Under the pieces are notes generated by a model. That model searched no databases, had not been told where the DNA came from, and saw only the letters and a list, made by a program, of their open reading frames with translations. A program made the translations under genes and the position numbers. This document shows, in pieces, positions 1-8,941 of a stretch of 32,000 bases of DNA (positions within the stretch are counted from its first letter, which is position 1; every line of letters starts with the position of its first letter). The DNA comes from Idiomarina loihiensis L2TR (GTDB lineage: Bacteria; Pseudomonadota; Gammaproteobacteria; Enterobacterales; Alteromonadaceae): NCBI RefSeq assembly GCF_000008465.1, contig NC_006512.1, positions 1,110,001 to 1,142,000 on the forward strand, in the 5' to 3' direction.

Positions 1-1293
1 CGCCAGGTTTTCGATGCGGCACATGCTGCAGCAAAAGTTGCACAGGATGCCGGCGCACGCCACCCGGTTATTGCACTAAATAATGTCAACGTAAATGACG
101 AACGTTACCAACAAGCCTTTTTAGCCGCTTACCTTGGCTTTTGTCAGGCACTTTACCAGCCACTGGAAGCTCGTGAAGCTCATGGTGAAGAAGCCATTGA
201 ACCGACTCAGAACGTCATTTTAGTTGGAGAGCTTGACGTTGAATGGGCTATGGCAGTTGAAGCCGGTAAACGCGTTGCTCGCGATCTTGCAGGTACCGAA
301 CCTGAGCGTATGGCACCACCTAAATTCGCTGAGTATTGCCGCCAGGCTTTTGCGCACACTTCGGTTAAGGTCACGGTTATCGATGACTACCAACAACTCC
401 AACATGAGTACCCTTTGCTGGCAGCCGTTGGTCGCTCATCAATGGCTGTGGAGCGTCACCGCCCTTGTGTTATTCGCCTTGAGTATCACGGCAATAACCC
501 GGAGCGTACGGTCATGTTTGCCGGTAAAGGTATTGTTTATGATACCGGTGGTGCTGACTTAAAAACCGGTGGTCATATGGCTGGTATGAGCCGCGATAAA
601 GGTGGTGCCGCAGGCGTTGCCGGCTTCTTAAAAACGGTTTCGGAATTACAGCCAGAACACCTTAATGTGGTTGCTGAGATAGGCGCGGTACGTAACAGCA
701 TTGGTTCGGATGCTTTTGTTGCCGATGAAATTATTACCGGCCACAGCGGCAAGCGTGTCCGCATTGGTAATACCGATGCCGAAGGCCGTCTGATAATGGC
801 CGACTTGTTGTCGCATTTGCGCGAAGAAGCGGCGAAAAGTGATGGCGAACACGAATTGTATACGGTAGCAACTCTGACAGGCCACGCAGCCCTTTCAAAA
901 GGTCCATACAGCGCTCTGGTACCCAATGGCCATGCACGTCGTCAAAATCTGGCTCAGGCTCTATTCAATGCAGGCGAAACCTATGGTGACCCAACAGAAA
1001 TATCCTGGTCACGTCGTGAAGACTTTGACTTTGTTAAAGGCCGTACCTTGTGCGATGACCTGTTGTCATCTAACAACGGTCCTTCTGCTGCTACGCCACG
1101 TGGACACCAGTTCCCAATGGCATTTCTGACCGGAGTATCCGGCCTGGACAATCATGGCATTGATAGTGAGCACCCAATAAGTTATATCCATATTGATATT
1201 GCCGGTAGCGGTGTGGAAGGCGGAGACTGGCAACACGGCAAACCAACAGCAGCTCCGGTTACTTGTCTGGCGGGTCATTACCTGAAGAAATAA
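1..1293 (+). CDS. M17 (leucyl aminopeptidase) family metallopeptidase, 5'-truncated by the window edge
   Basis: Frame 1 is open from base 1 with no stop before track ORF 250..1293, so the gene enters from upstream. The translation carries M17 catalytic-domain hallmarks: VYDTGGADLK, GMSRDKGGAA and the family signature NTDAEGRL (IGNTDAEGRLIMADLL). A strong terminator follows. Confidence 0.9.
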   Translation, partial: RQVFDAAHAAAKVAQDAGARHPVIALNNVNVNDERYQQAFLAAYLGFCQALYQPLEAREAHGEEAIEPTQNVILVGELDVEWAMAVEAGKRVARDLAGTEPERMAPPKFAEYCRQAFAHTSVKVTVIDDYQQLQHEYPLLAAVGRSSMAVERHRPCVIRLEYHGNNPERTVMFAGKGIVYDTGGADLKTGGHMAGMSRDKGGAAGVAGFLKTVSELQPEHLNVVAEIGAVRNSIGSDAFVADEIITGHSGKRVRIGNTDAEGRLIMADLLSHLREEAAKSDGEHELYTVATLTGHAALSKGPYSALVPNGHARRQNLAQALFNAGETYGDPTEISWSRREDFDFVKGRTLCDDLLSSNNGPSAATPRGHQFPMAFLTGVSGLDNHGIDSEHPISYIHIDIAGSGVEGGDWQHGKPTAAPVTCLAGHYLKK

Positions 1294-1323
1294 CTTTTAC
1301 GAAAGCACTTTATTGAAAACAAT

Positions 1324-1366
1324 AAAAAATGCCCGATTCTGGTTAAACAGAACCGGGCATTTTTTT
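1324..1366. terminator. Bidirectional rho-independent terminator between convergent genes
   Basis: Stem atgcccgattctg (1329..1341) pairs with cagaaccgggcat (1348..1360) at 12 of 13 positions. The loop is gttaaa. An A-run (1324..1329) and a T-run (1360..1366) flank the stem, so it can terminate transcripts from both strands. Confidence 0.75.
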
Positions 1367-1380
1367 ATTTAGCATTTACC

Positions 1381-1980
1381 TTAAGAAATAAAATCTGGCC
1401 CAAAACCATTGGTCCATAAAATGGCGGTTGTTGCCATGAGTACAACCATAGCAATAAGACCTGCGGTCACTACCGAGCTCGCGTACAGAAAGCCACGTTC
1501 TTCCGGAATGTGCATAATAACCGGTAGGCCTGAGTAAAGCAGGTAAACCGAATAAGCCACACCAATAAGAAAAACGGAAGCAACAAACCACAGCTCAGGA
1601 TAAATTGACGCTATCCCCGACATAATAACCGGAGTTGCCGCGTAAGCTGCTAATTCAAGCGATTTCGTATAGCTGGGATCAGCACCAAAGGTTTTTGCCA
1701 TCCAGTAAATTAAGTAAGCCAACGCAAACGTGGCTCCCAAAATACCAATATACATTGCAACGCCAAGCATGATGCCACTGCTTTGGGTAAGATAAATAGA
1801 CTCGCGGGCACCAACACTCCAGCCGATATGAGCTGAAGCATAGTAAGCTGCCAGACAAGGTAATATTGCTATCAGTAAAATATGAGAACACGAATAAAGA
1901 AAGCTCTCACGCTTGCTGTCTATCGATTTCCACTCTTGCGCTGGATGGGCGTATAAACCCCAAATATGATTCAGTATCAT
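1381..1980 (-). CDS. yohC: Yip1-domain inner-membrane protein (YohC-like)
   Basis: The polytopic membrane translation resembles E. coli YohC as I recall it: MILNHIWGLYAHP versus HVWGLFSHP, plus IGW and YLLYSGLP motifs. I place the start at ATG 1980 (MILNHIW...), which has GGGGAAG upstream. The track start at 2067 would add a non-conserved 29-aa extension. Confidence 0.8.
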   Translation of the reverse strand: MILNHIWGLYAHPAQEWKSIDSKRESFLYSCSHILLIAILPCLAAYYASAHIGWSVGARESIYLTQSSGIMLGVAMYIGILGATFALAYLIYWMAKTFGADPSYTKSLELAAYAATPVIMSGIASIYPELWFVASVFLIGVAYSVYLLYSGLPVIMHIPEERGFLYASSVVTAGLIAMVVLMATTAILWTNGFGPDFIS

Positions 1981-2178
1981 AATTTCACTTCCCCATAGTT
2001 CGCGGTCATACCGCCAAATTCGTAAATACGTTATAATTTTTGATGCGGGTACTGCTGAAAAATTCACCCCATGTATCTAATATTCAGCACCACCGGTATT
2101 CTGTCAAGGCCTTTTGTTATAGAACAAAGGGTTAGTTGTTAATTTCTTATTACACCTTTTACGCCAAGAAGGATCGCT

Positions 2179-2961
2179 GTGAACTATAGTCTCGTCGAAC
2201 CCTATCTAAATCTACTCGACCCAATACACTCGTTTTTACTTTGCCGAACGCCTCCTGAGTGGGTTAAGCAAGCGTCGCTGGCTGAGAATCTGCCCGTCAT
2301 CTTACTGGACCATTTGCACTGTGAGTTAAAAGCGGCTCAAAGTGCAGCCTTATTGCTGCGCCGTTATGCCGTTAATAAAGATCACGGACAAACCCTGCTT
2401 GACGCTCTGCAGCCATACGAAGACCTGGTTTATCGCGGTATCGGAGATTTTCAACAACTTAAACAAAGCAAGCAGCTGTCTCACGCTTTACAAGCCGCAG
2501 AGTCACAACCATACGCCGACGAAATTATTGATAAAATGTCCCGTTTAATTCGGGAAGAGCTACATCACTTCCAGCAGGTTCTTGAAATAATGCAGGCGCG
2601 TGATGTGCCCCTTTATAAGCTCAGCGCATCGCGTTATGCGGCCAGCCTGATCCGGCATGTACGTACATACGAGCCGCAGGCCTTAATTGATAAGTTAATT
2701 ATAGGCGCTCTTATTGAAGCGCGCTCTTGTGAGCGCTTTGCCGCACTGGCTCCTTATCTGGATGAGGATATAGCTCGCTTTTACGTGTCCCTGCTACGTT
2801 CAGAAGCACGCCATTATCAGGATTACCTCGAGTTAGCGCAGAAGCTAAGCGATACGGACATTACCGAGCGGGTTAATCAGTTCAGAGAGTGGGAAGCAGA
2901 ATTGATTATGTCTGAAGATACTGAGCTACGTTTTCACTCAGGAGTACCGGTGCACGCTTGA
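2179..2961 (+). CDS. miaE: tRNA-(ms2io6A37)-hydroxylase MiaE (ferritin-like di-iron enzyme)
   Basis: GTG start with AAGGA upstream. The N-terminus MNY... and the di-iron helices HLHCELKAAQSA, EELHHF, EARSCERF and SEARHYQ match the MiaE family pattern. Confidence 0.85.
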   Translation: MNYSLVEPYLNLLDPIHSFLLCRTPPEWVKQASLAENLPVILLDHLHCELKAAQSAALLLRRYAVNKDHGQTLLDALQPYEDLVYRGIGDFQQLKQSKQLSHALQAAESQPYADEIIDKMSRLIREELHHFQQVLEIMQARDVPLYKLSASRYAASLIRHVRTYEPQALIDKLIIGALIEARSCERFAALAPYLDEDIARFYVSLLRSEARHYQDYLELAQKLSDTDITERVNQFREWEAELIMSEDTELRFHSGVPVHA

Positions 2962-2972
2962 GTGTGCACCGG
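2947..2972. terminator. GC-rich hairpin at the convergent miaE/symporter junction; possible U-tract-less terminator or 3' stabiliser
   Basis: Perfect 9-bp inverted repeat: ccggtgcac (2947..2955) and gtgcaccgg (2964..2972), with an 8-nt loop that contains the miaE TGA stop. Neither side has a T-run, so it is not a canonical intrinsic terminator. Confidence 0.3.
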
Positions 2973-3005
2973 CTCTCAAAGTAATAACCGGAAAAACGTC
3001 AGCCG

Positions 3006-4289
3006 TTAGAGCTCTTCCAGCTTTTTGCCAGCGTCGTTGTCATAATAAACATCTTCATCAAAGTCGCCTTCTGAGCGCGCAACCACACAGCTGACCATAG
3101 CGTCACCGGTTACGTTAACTGCGGTTCGGGTCATATCCAACAAGCGATCCACACCGATAATAAGGCCAATACCTTCAACCGGTAAACCAACTTGCTGCAG
3201 CACCATGGCGAGCATGATAAGCCCAACCCCGGGCACTCCGGCAGTACCGACCGATGCAAGAGTTGCAGTCATAATCACCATCAGGTATTCAGCAACACCT
3301 AAGTCCAGGCCATAAACCTGCGCAATAAAGACGGTAGCAACACCTTGCATAATAGCCGTACCATCCATGTTGATGGTAGCGCCCAGCGGCACAGTGAAGG
3401 AACCGACACTGTTACTAACACCTAAACGACGGGTAACGGTTTCTAATGTGATAGGCATAGTCGCATTACTGCTTGCTGTGCTAAAGCCAAACAGTTGGGC
3501 ATCCCGCATCTTACGCATAAAGATACCCGGCTTAACCCGTGCCAGAACGCGCATAAATAAGGGGTAAACAATTAAACCATGAGCGAGCAGCACAAACAGC
3601 ACAAGCAGGAAGTACTTCGCCAGACTGCCTATCATTTCCACGCCAATTTCCGTAAACAGCTTAGCCATTAACGCAAATACACCATAAGGCGCCAGGTTCA
3701 TTAAAATAACAACCAACTTCATGATGACCGAATTTAAATCATCAAAAAAGCCTTTCAAACGTTCACCCGGTTTACCAACCAGAGCCATAGAAATACCGAA
3801 CAGCAATGCAAACACAATAATCTGCAGCATATTGCCTTCAGCCATAGCGTTAATGGGGTTGTCGGGAAACAAATTAACAATGACTTCGCTGACCGATGGT
3901 GCTTCACTGGGCTCAAAGCTGGCATCTGAAGCGCGCTCAATACCCGAGCCCGGTTGCACCAGAATTGCCGAGCCAATTGCAAAAGTAATTGCTATGGCCG
4001 TGGTGACCATATACATGCCCACTGCTTTTCCGCCTAAGCGCCCAAGCTTACTAGGGTCACTTAAGGAACAGGTACCGACCACCAGTGATACAAACACCAA
4101 TGGCACAACCAGCATTTTCAAAGAGGTAATGAATATTTGACCAACAACGTCGAAAAGACCATTGGTTAAATACAAAGAAACCCAGGCATTATCACCGGCA
4201 ACGTAACGAATAATGGTACCGAGAATGATCCCAGCGACCATGCCGATAACAATGCGGCTAGTCAGACTGAGTTTTTTCTTTTCGCTCAT
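3006..4289 (-). CDS. Dicarboxylate/amino acid:cation (Na+/H+) symporter, DAACS family (GltP/GltT-like)
   Basis: 427-aa polytopic protein with typical DAACS features: SLKMLVVPLVFVSLV, FSTASSNATMPIT (SSxATLP-like hairpin) and TAVNVTGDA near the C-terminus. SD AAAGGA lies upstream of the ATG. Confidence 0.9.
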   Translation of the reverse strand: MSEKKKLSLTSRIVIGMVAGIILGTIIRYVAGDNAWVSLYLTNGLFDVVGQIFITSLKMLVVPLVFVSLVVGTCSLSDPSKLGRLGGKAVGMYMVTTAIAITFAIGSAILVQPGSGIERASDASFEPSEAPSVSEVIVNLFPDNPINAMAEGNMLQIIVFALLFGISMALVGKPGERLKGFFDDLNSVIMKLVVILMNLAPYGVFALMAKLFTEIGVEMIGSLAKYFLLVLFVLLAHGLIVYPLFMRVLARVKPGIFMRKMRDAQLFGFSTASSNATMPITLETVTRRLGVSNSVGSFTVPLGATINMDGTAIMQGVATVFIAQVYGLDLGVAEYLMVIMTATLASVGTAGVPGVGLIMLAMVLQQVGLPVEGIGLIIGVDRLLDMTRTAVNVTGDAMVSCVVARSEGDFDEDVYYDNDAGKKLEEL

Positions 4290-4385
4290 AAGCGTCCTTT
4301 ATTATTCATTCTAAAAAACTGCGACAGCCTAGCAGAAAGCTTTTAAATAAGCAGCTATAAAACTGTAAGCCTCGCTGAACACCTT

Positions 4386-5384
4386 CTATTGTGCGACATC
4401 TGACCGGGTTAAGGAAGATTTTAAGGTATGAATAATAACAGACATACCTTTCGCAAAACGTTCACTTAGCGGTTTACGGATAACATACTGTAATTTTAAT
4501 ACGTCAAAACCTTTATGCTGTTTCATTAACCACGCGTCACTGGTTATCACTTCATCAATTAAGCCAAGCTCTTTTGCTTCCTGACCTGACCAGACCTCGC
4601 CTGTTGCTACTTTGTCTATATCCAGCTCGCTACGATTTTCCTGAACAAAAGACTTAAACTGACGGTGAATGGCCTCTAAATCCTGTTTAAACTTACGACG
4701 CCCTTCATCAGTATTTTCACCAAAGATAGTCAAAGTGCGCTTATATTCACCCGCGGTTAATTGCTCAAAATCGACATTATGCTTTTTCAAAAGCCGATGA
4801 AAATTCGGTATTTGCGCAACCACGCCTATTGAACCGATAAAGGCAAAAGGTGCCGCCATGAGCTTATGACCAACACAGGCCATCATATAACCGCCGCTTG
4901 CAGCCACTTTATCTATAGCAACATTAACGGTTAAGTTATGCTCTCTTAAACGCAGCAACTGAGCCGCCGCCAGACCATAACCATTAACCACACCACCGCC
5001 GCTTTCCAGCCTTACCAGTACTTCGTCTTTCTCGGTGGCCAAGTTTAGAATAGCGTTGACTTCATGGCGTAAACTGTCGACCTCTTTTGCATCCATGCTG
5101 CCTTTAAAATCAATAACAAAAAGACGTTTCTCTTTATTCTGCACAGCCTTCTTTTTCTTTAACGCTTTCAGTGCTTTTTTCTGAGCTTTTTTATCCATAA
5201 GCTCAATTTTCAACTGTTCACTCAGCTCATTCAGCTCTTTAGATAAATGCGTGACTTGCAAATCGCCTTTACTCTTTTTCTGCTTCTGCGCCGCCTGAGC
5301 AATAAGGCCCACAATAAAACCAACAGCCACAACAATAATAGCGGCTTTTAGTAAAAAGCCTCCAATATCAGCAACAAAATCCAT
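4386..5384 (-). CDS. sohB: Inner-membrane S49 peptidase SohB
   Basis: The translation is collinear with E. coli SohB as I recall it. It has an N-terminal TM helix, a Lys-rich linker, FKGSMDA, RLESGGG, DKVAASGGYMMACV, GSIGVVAQ.PNF and GEYKRTLT. SD AGGAG lies upstream. Confidence 0.9.
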   Translation of the reverse strand: MDFVADIGGFLLKAAIIVVAVGFIVGLIAQAAQKQKKSKGDLQVTHLSKELNELSEQLKIELMDKKAQKKALKALKKKKAVQNKEKRLFVIDFKGSMDAKEVDSLRHEVNAILNLATEKDEVLVRLESGGGVVNGYGLAAAQLLRLREHNLTVNVAIDKVAASGGYMMACVGHKLMAAPFAFIGSIGVVAQIPNFHRLLKKHNVDFEQLTAGEYKRTLTIFGENTDEGRRKFKQDLEAIHRQFKSFVQENRSELDIDKVATGEVWSGQEAKELGLIDEVITSDAWLMKQHKGFDVLKLQYVIRKPLSERFAKGMSVIIHTLKSSLTRSDVAQ

Positions 5385-5395
5385 ACCACTCTCCT

Positions 5396-5429
5396 AAAAC
5401 GAAAAAGGCCAGCATAACTGCCGGCCTTT
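5396..5429 (-). terminator. Rho-independent terminator of the lipase gene
   Basis: On the minus strand the sequence reads aaaggccggca-guua-ugcuggccuuu, with 10 of 11 stem pairs, followed by UUUUUCGUUUU. It lies 28 nt after the lipase stop and immediately upstream of the sohB SD. Confidence 0.65.
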
Positions 5430-5456
5430 GAATACCAAGTGTTCAATAACCTGAGA

Positions 5457-7922
5457 TTATTCTACCACTTCTTCGTTGGTTACTGGTAACTGCAACATGT
5501 CGGCAGCAAACCAGAAAGCAATTTGTTGCTGCATTTCTGCTGTGACTTCCGCAGATGGACCTGCGTCAACCAGCGAGCCGTGCTCTGCGTCACCACCAAA
5601 GCGAACGATACCACTTACCGGTGTACCATCTTCAGACGCTGTTGTGGTTGAGATGCCATCTAAACCTAGCAGCGCAGCCAGAGGTTCAGTACCGCCAAGA
5701 GGAGGAACGTTATTTGGAATCACTGAATCACCGACCGCTTCTATCGCTAACAACGGTGTCCCGAGAGCTCTCAAACTTTTCGCATAATTAATTGGATCGG
5801 CAGAATCGACAACCGTTTGTGCTGCGAAAGCAAACTGATTCAAACTCGCTTGCAGTTCACCAACTGCGTCCGGGTCACCATTGGCTTCAAACTCTGCATA
5901 AGCGGCTGCTAAAAGTTCAAGATAAGCCGCTGTATTTTTCTCTATACCTGCGGCATCAGCTTGAGCATCAACTCCTGCCGAAAACGCCTCACTCGCGTTA
6001 TAAGCAATATTACCTTTAATAACAGGTCCAAATTCTTCAGATGCAAGTAGGAAATTAGCTAAACTACCGCCAGGCATGCCAAGCGCAGACGCCTGCACTT
6101 TAAACATCGGAGCCAATGGCTCTAACTGGCTCTTACTAAACGGAGCATTCGCAATGGTTGTAAAGCCAGTTCCAGCAATGGCGCCTAATGAATGCCCAAC
6201 AAAATGAACATCTTGAGCATTTATGGTGCTGCTATCAGGGAATGACGCATTACTTAAACTTAAGCGAAGGCCGATAAGGTCAGAAATTGATTGTCTTACG
6301 TTATCTCGCGTGGTCAGTAAGCTTTGTAAGTTCATGTAATTAATTGCACCGGCCTCGCTCGAAGCGTTGATTTCTCCGAAAGCTCTATCGCCATGCAGCG
6401 GATGATCAATTGCAACCATTGCATAACCTGCCACAGCAAGGGTTCCTGCAATTGCCGCAGCACTGTTCTTGTCTGCCGTAATGCCATGCTGAAAAATCAC
6501 TACTGGCCAACCGTCGGCAGGAGCAGATAAAGGCTCTAAACCGAAGCTTGGACGTATCATGTTGGCTACAGCAACATTAGGTGTTGTCGCAAATACAGTA
6601 ACCTCTTCATCTGATTGCTTTTCAGGAATTGGACTGTATTTAGTGACATGACGTTCCGGGTCAATTGGCTGATCATCTGAATCAGACAGATTAAAACACC
6701 CACCTTCATTTTCCATTACTAATAATTCTGGATTAGCCAGCATTTCCGCAGTAATGCCTGCTTCTGCCGGGTTTACTTCTCCATCTGCTACAGCATTAAG
6801 TATCGCAGCTGCGCTATCACATTTCGCTGTCCAGCGGCCGGTTAGTGGAGCAGTTGGGTTCTCCGCTGTAGGAACAGGAGAGTAATACGGTAATTCGACT
6901 TTACCGACATAAACATTAGCCGCAGATGCAACCTGAATCGCATCTTGACTGTATTTTTCTGGGTCCAGCAGATCACCAACGGTTGCAGCTCCGTCTGGGT
7001 GCGGGCCCAATCCTAATGCTGGAACTGCTCCCGCGGGAACTCGCTGAGCATACAAGCTTTTCACAGCACCTAAAGCTGTGCCTACTGACTGAGTAGTAAA
7101 GTTGGAGCTGTAAATGACATCTTCAGCGTCAACATTTGCCCCTACGGTCAATGCCGCTTCATAAACATTAATTAAGCTTTGTAAATTACGAGCATCATCT
7201 TCGTCCGAAGCTGGGTATTCAGCCACCGAACGTTTCATTAACGTGTATGTTTGCGATGCCTTTACACGACGACCTAAAGAGTCTTGAATATTGTCCGTTA
7301 ACGCCACTAAATAGCCTGTTTCTGGCTCAAAAGGTTGCGTTGGAATAACGACAAAAGAGCCAGCACCTGTAGCTTGAACCTGAAAGTCCTCTCCATGAAT
7401 AAGTTCTTCACTAATTGAACAAACCGCCGCTGGGCTTGATGCAATGGTAGAGCTTTCACCGGCAGCTAACTGAGCTTCGTGTAAAGCACCAACTACAGGG
7501 TTAGTTGAAACGCAAGACTCAACGTCAACTTGTCCACCCTGAACAGTTTTGAATACTCGAACAGCGCCCTGAGCTTCAACACTTGCCGGGTCCAATGACA
7601 CTTTTTCACCATTTTGGTCAACAGGTAAAGAAAGCTCAAAGCTCAAAGGCGAGTGAGTTCCCCAACCATCAAGACCGTTCAACGCAATCCGTGTAGCTGC
7701 TTGAGCTGAGTTAGGATCACCAATTGGAAGATCCAAAGTACCATCATTCTCACCCAACAAAATGTTTGTTGGAATTGGTATTTCACCATTGGACGGGTCA
7801 AAAACCACGCGTGACGCAGCAACGCTAACTTCGGTTTCTGTAACAGGAGCTTCGTCACCGCTACCACAGCCTACAAGGCTAAGTGCAGAACCAATTGCAA
7901 GCGGGAGTAATAATTTCTTCAT
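5457..7922 (-). CDS. Large surface/extracellular lipoprotein lipase, VolA/Pla-1/Cef family (alpha/beta hydrolase)
   Basis: 821 aa. The signal peptide has a lipobox (MKKLLLPLAIGSALSLVGC|GSG). A long N-terminal region typical of the bacterial virulence-factor lipase N-domain is followed by an alpha/beta-hydrolase core with the nucleophile elbow GHSLGA and an upstream FQHGIT oxyanion-type motif. Confidence 0.85.
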   Translation of the reverse strand: MKKLLLPLAIGSALSLVGCGSGDEAPVTETEVSVAASRVVFDPSNGEIPIPTNILLGENDGTLDLPIGDPNSAQAATRIALNGLDGWGTHSPLSFELSLPVDQNGEKVSLDPASVEAQGAVRVFKTVQGGQVDVESCVSTNPVVGALHEAQLAAGESSTIASSPAAVCSISEELIHGEDFQVQATGAGSFVVIPTQPFEPETGYLVALTDNIQDSLGRRVKASQTYTLMKRSVAEYPASDEDDARNLQSLINVYEAALTVGANVDAEDVIYSSNFTTQSVGTALGAVKSLYAQRVPAGAVPALGLGPHPDGAATVGDLLDPEKYSQDAIQVASAANVYVGKVELPYYSPVPTAENPTAPLTGRWTAKCDSAAAILNAVADGEVNPAEAGITAEMLANPELLVMENEGGCFNLSDSDDQPIDPERHVTKYSPIPEKQSDEEVTVFATTPNVAVANMIRPSFGLEPLSAPADGWPVVIFQHGITADKNSAAAIAGTLAVAGYAMVAIDHPLHGDRAFGEINASSEAGAINYMNLQSLLTTRDNVRQSISDLIGLRLSLSNASFPDSSTINAQDVHFVGHSLGAIAGTGFTTIANAPFSKSQLEPLAPMFKVQASALGMPGGSLANFLLASEEFGPVIKGNIAYNASEAFSAGVDAQADAAGIEKNTAAYLELLAAAYAEFEANGDPDAVGELQASLNQFAFAAQTVVDSADPINYAKSLRALGTPLLAIEAVGDSVIPNNVPPLGGTEPLAALLGLDGISTTTASEDGTPVSGIVRFGGDAEHGSLVDAGPSAEVTAEMQQQIAFWFAADMLQLPVTNEEVVE

Positions 7923-8107
7923 GAGGTATCCTCAATTCTTTTTATGATTTGTTATTTTACGTCTTCTCTTAACGATTTTTATACACCTGTATCAAATAAG
8001 ATGAAAGGCTTTTTACCGATTTTTCGTTCGTTTGCTGAGAAGTTACTCGAATATCGTTACAATAGCCCACTCACCCGACCACAGTCCAATGGTATTAAGA
8101 AACTGTT

Positions 8108-8860
8108 ATGGAAATTAAAACCGTACATGATTATCAGGCTAGCCCTGAATTATTGAAAAATAAGGTTATTTTAGTTACTGGTGCAGGCGACGGAATTGGT
8201 CGTCAAGCCGCGCTGAGCTACGCTGAACATGGTGCCACAGTTATTTTACTGGGGCGTACTGTTAGCAAGTTGGAATCGGTTTACGATGAAATTATCGCTC
8301 AGGAAAGCCCTCAACCAGCAATTATTCCGCTTGATTTAAAAGGCGCAACAGAAAATCATTATCGTGATATGGCGGCCACCATTGCCGATCAGTTCGGTAA
8401 ACTAGACGGCGTGCTGCATAACGCTGGGCTACTTGGCATTCTGTCCCCTTTTACTCACATTGAAAAAGACAGCTGGGACGACATTATGCAGGTTAACGTA
8501 ACGGGTCAGTTTGCCATGACTCAGGCACTGATTCCGGTAATGGAAAAGTCTCCGAATGCATCCTTAGTTTTCACGTCTTCCGGCGTAGGAAGAAAAGGCC
8601 GGGCATTCTGGGGACCATATTCTGTCAGTAAATTTGCTACCGAAGGTATGGCTCAGGTTATTGCCGACGAGTATGAAGATACCAAATTACGCACCAACGT
8701 CATTAACCCCGGCGCGACCCGCACAGCGATGCGTGCAAAAGCGTATCCGGCAGAAGACGCGAAGTCACTTAAAACACCAAAAGATCTGATGCCAACTTAT
8801 TTGTATCTGATGAGTGACGACAGCATTTCTGATAATGGATTGTGTTTCGACGCCCAGTAA
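8108..8860 (+). CDS. yciK: YciK-family short-chain dehydrogenase/reductase
   Basis: The translation is collinear with E. coli YciK as I recall it: ILVTGAGDGIGRQAA (TGxxxGIG), LDGVLHNAGLLG, SLVFTSSGVGR.GRA.WG.YS.SKFATEGM.QV.ADEY (YxxxK) and NPG.TRTAMRA. Confidence 0.9.
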   Translation: MEIKTVHDYQASPELLKNKVILVTGAGDGIGRQAALSYAEHGATVILLGRTVSKLESVYDEIIAQESPQPAIIPLDLKGATENHYRDMAATIADQFGKLDGVLHNAGLLGILSPFTHIEKDSWDDIMQVNVTGQFAMTQALIPVMEKSPNASLVFTSSGVGRKGRAFWGPYSVSKFATEGMAQVIADEYEDTKLRTNVINPGATRTAMRAKAYPAEDAKSLKTPKDLMPTYLYLMSDDSISDNGLCFDAQ

Positions 8861-8941
8861 ACCGGCAGCTTCGAACTGACGTATCGGTAAAAAGGAAACG
8901 TGTTACACTCAATAACATGCATAATTAATTAGGTTACGTCT

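Noticed and set aside
224-562. 112-aa + strand ORF in an alternative frame of the M17 peptidase
   Set aside because: It overlaps the frame that carries the M17 catalytic motifs. It has no independent support.
1981-2067. N-terminal extension of the yohC-like ORF (track start 2067)
   Set aside because: The conserved family N-terminus (MILNHIWGLYAHP) begins at ATG 1980 with a purine-rich SD just upstream. The extension is probably untranslated leader.
2110-2131. Imperfect inverted repeat ccttttgtt-ata-gaacaaaggg in the yohC/miaE divergent region
   Set aside because: It is short, has one mismatch and matches no known operator consensus. It cannot be distinguished from chance.
4313-4335. Possible terminator after sohB (ctgc…gcag followed by TTTTTT on the minus strand)
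   Set aside because: The stem is only 4 bp with a 9-nt loop, which is too weak to call.
5150-5215. Low-complexity A/T-rich lysine-coding stretch (KKAQKKALKALKKKKAVQNKEK) in sohB
   Set aside because: It corresponds to the basic linker also present in E. coli SohB. It is a native protein feature.
8056-8067. The 12-mer gttacaatagcc is shared with 20657..20668 (minus strand), in both cases 30-40 nt upstream of a start codon (yciK, fabV)
   Set aside because: A single 12-mer coincidence is expected by chance many times in 2 x 32 kb. It probably just reflects two TACAAT -10-like boxes and is not a repeat element.
7944-8156. 70-aa ORF spanning the lipase/yciK intergenic region and running into the yciK start
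   Set aside because: It lies in an AT-rich promoter region, has no SD, and overlaps the yciK start out of frame. The sequence (MICYFTSSLNDFY…) has no recognisable features.
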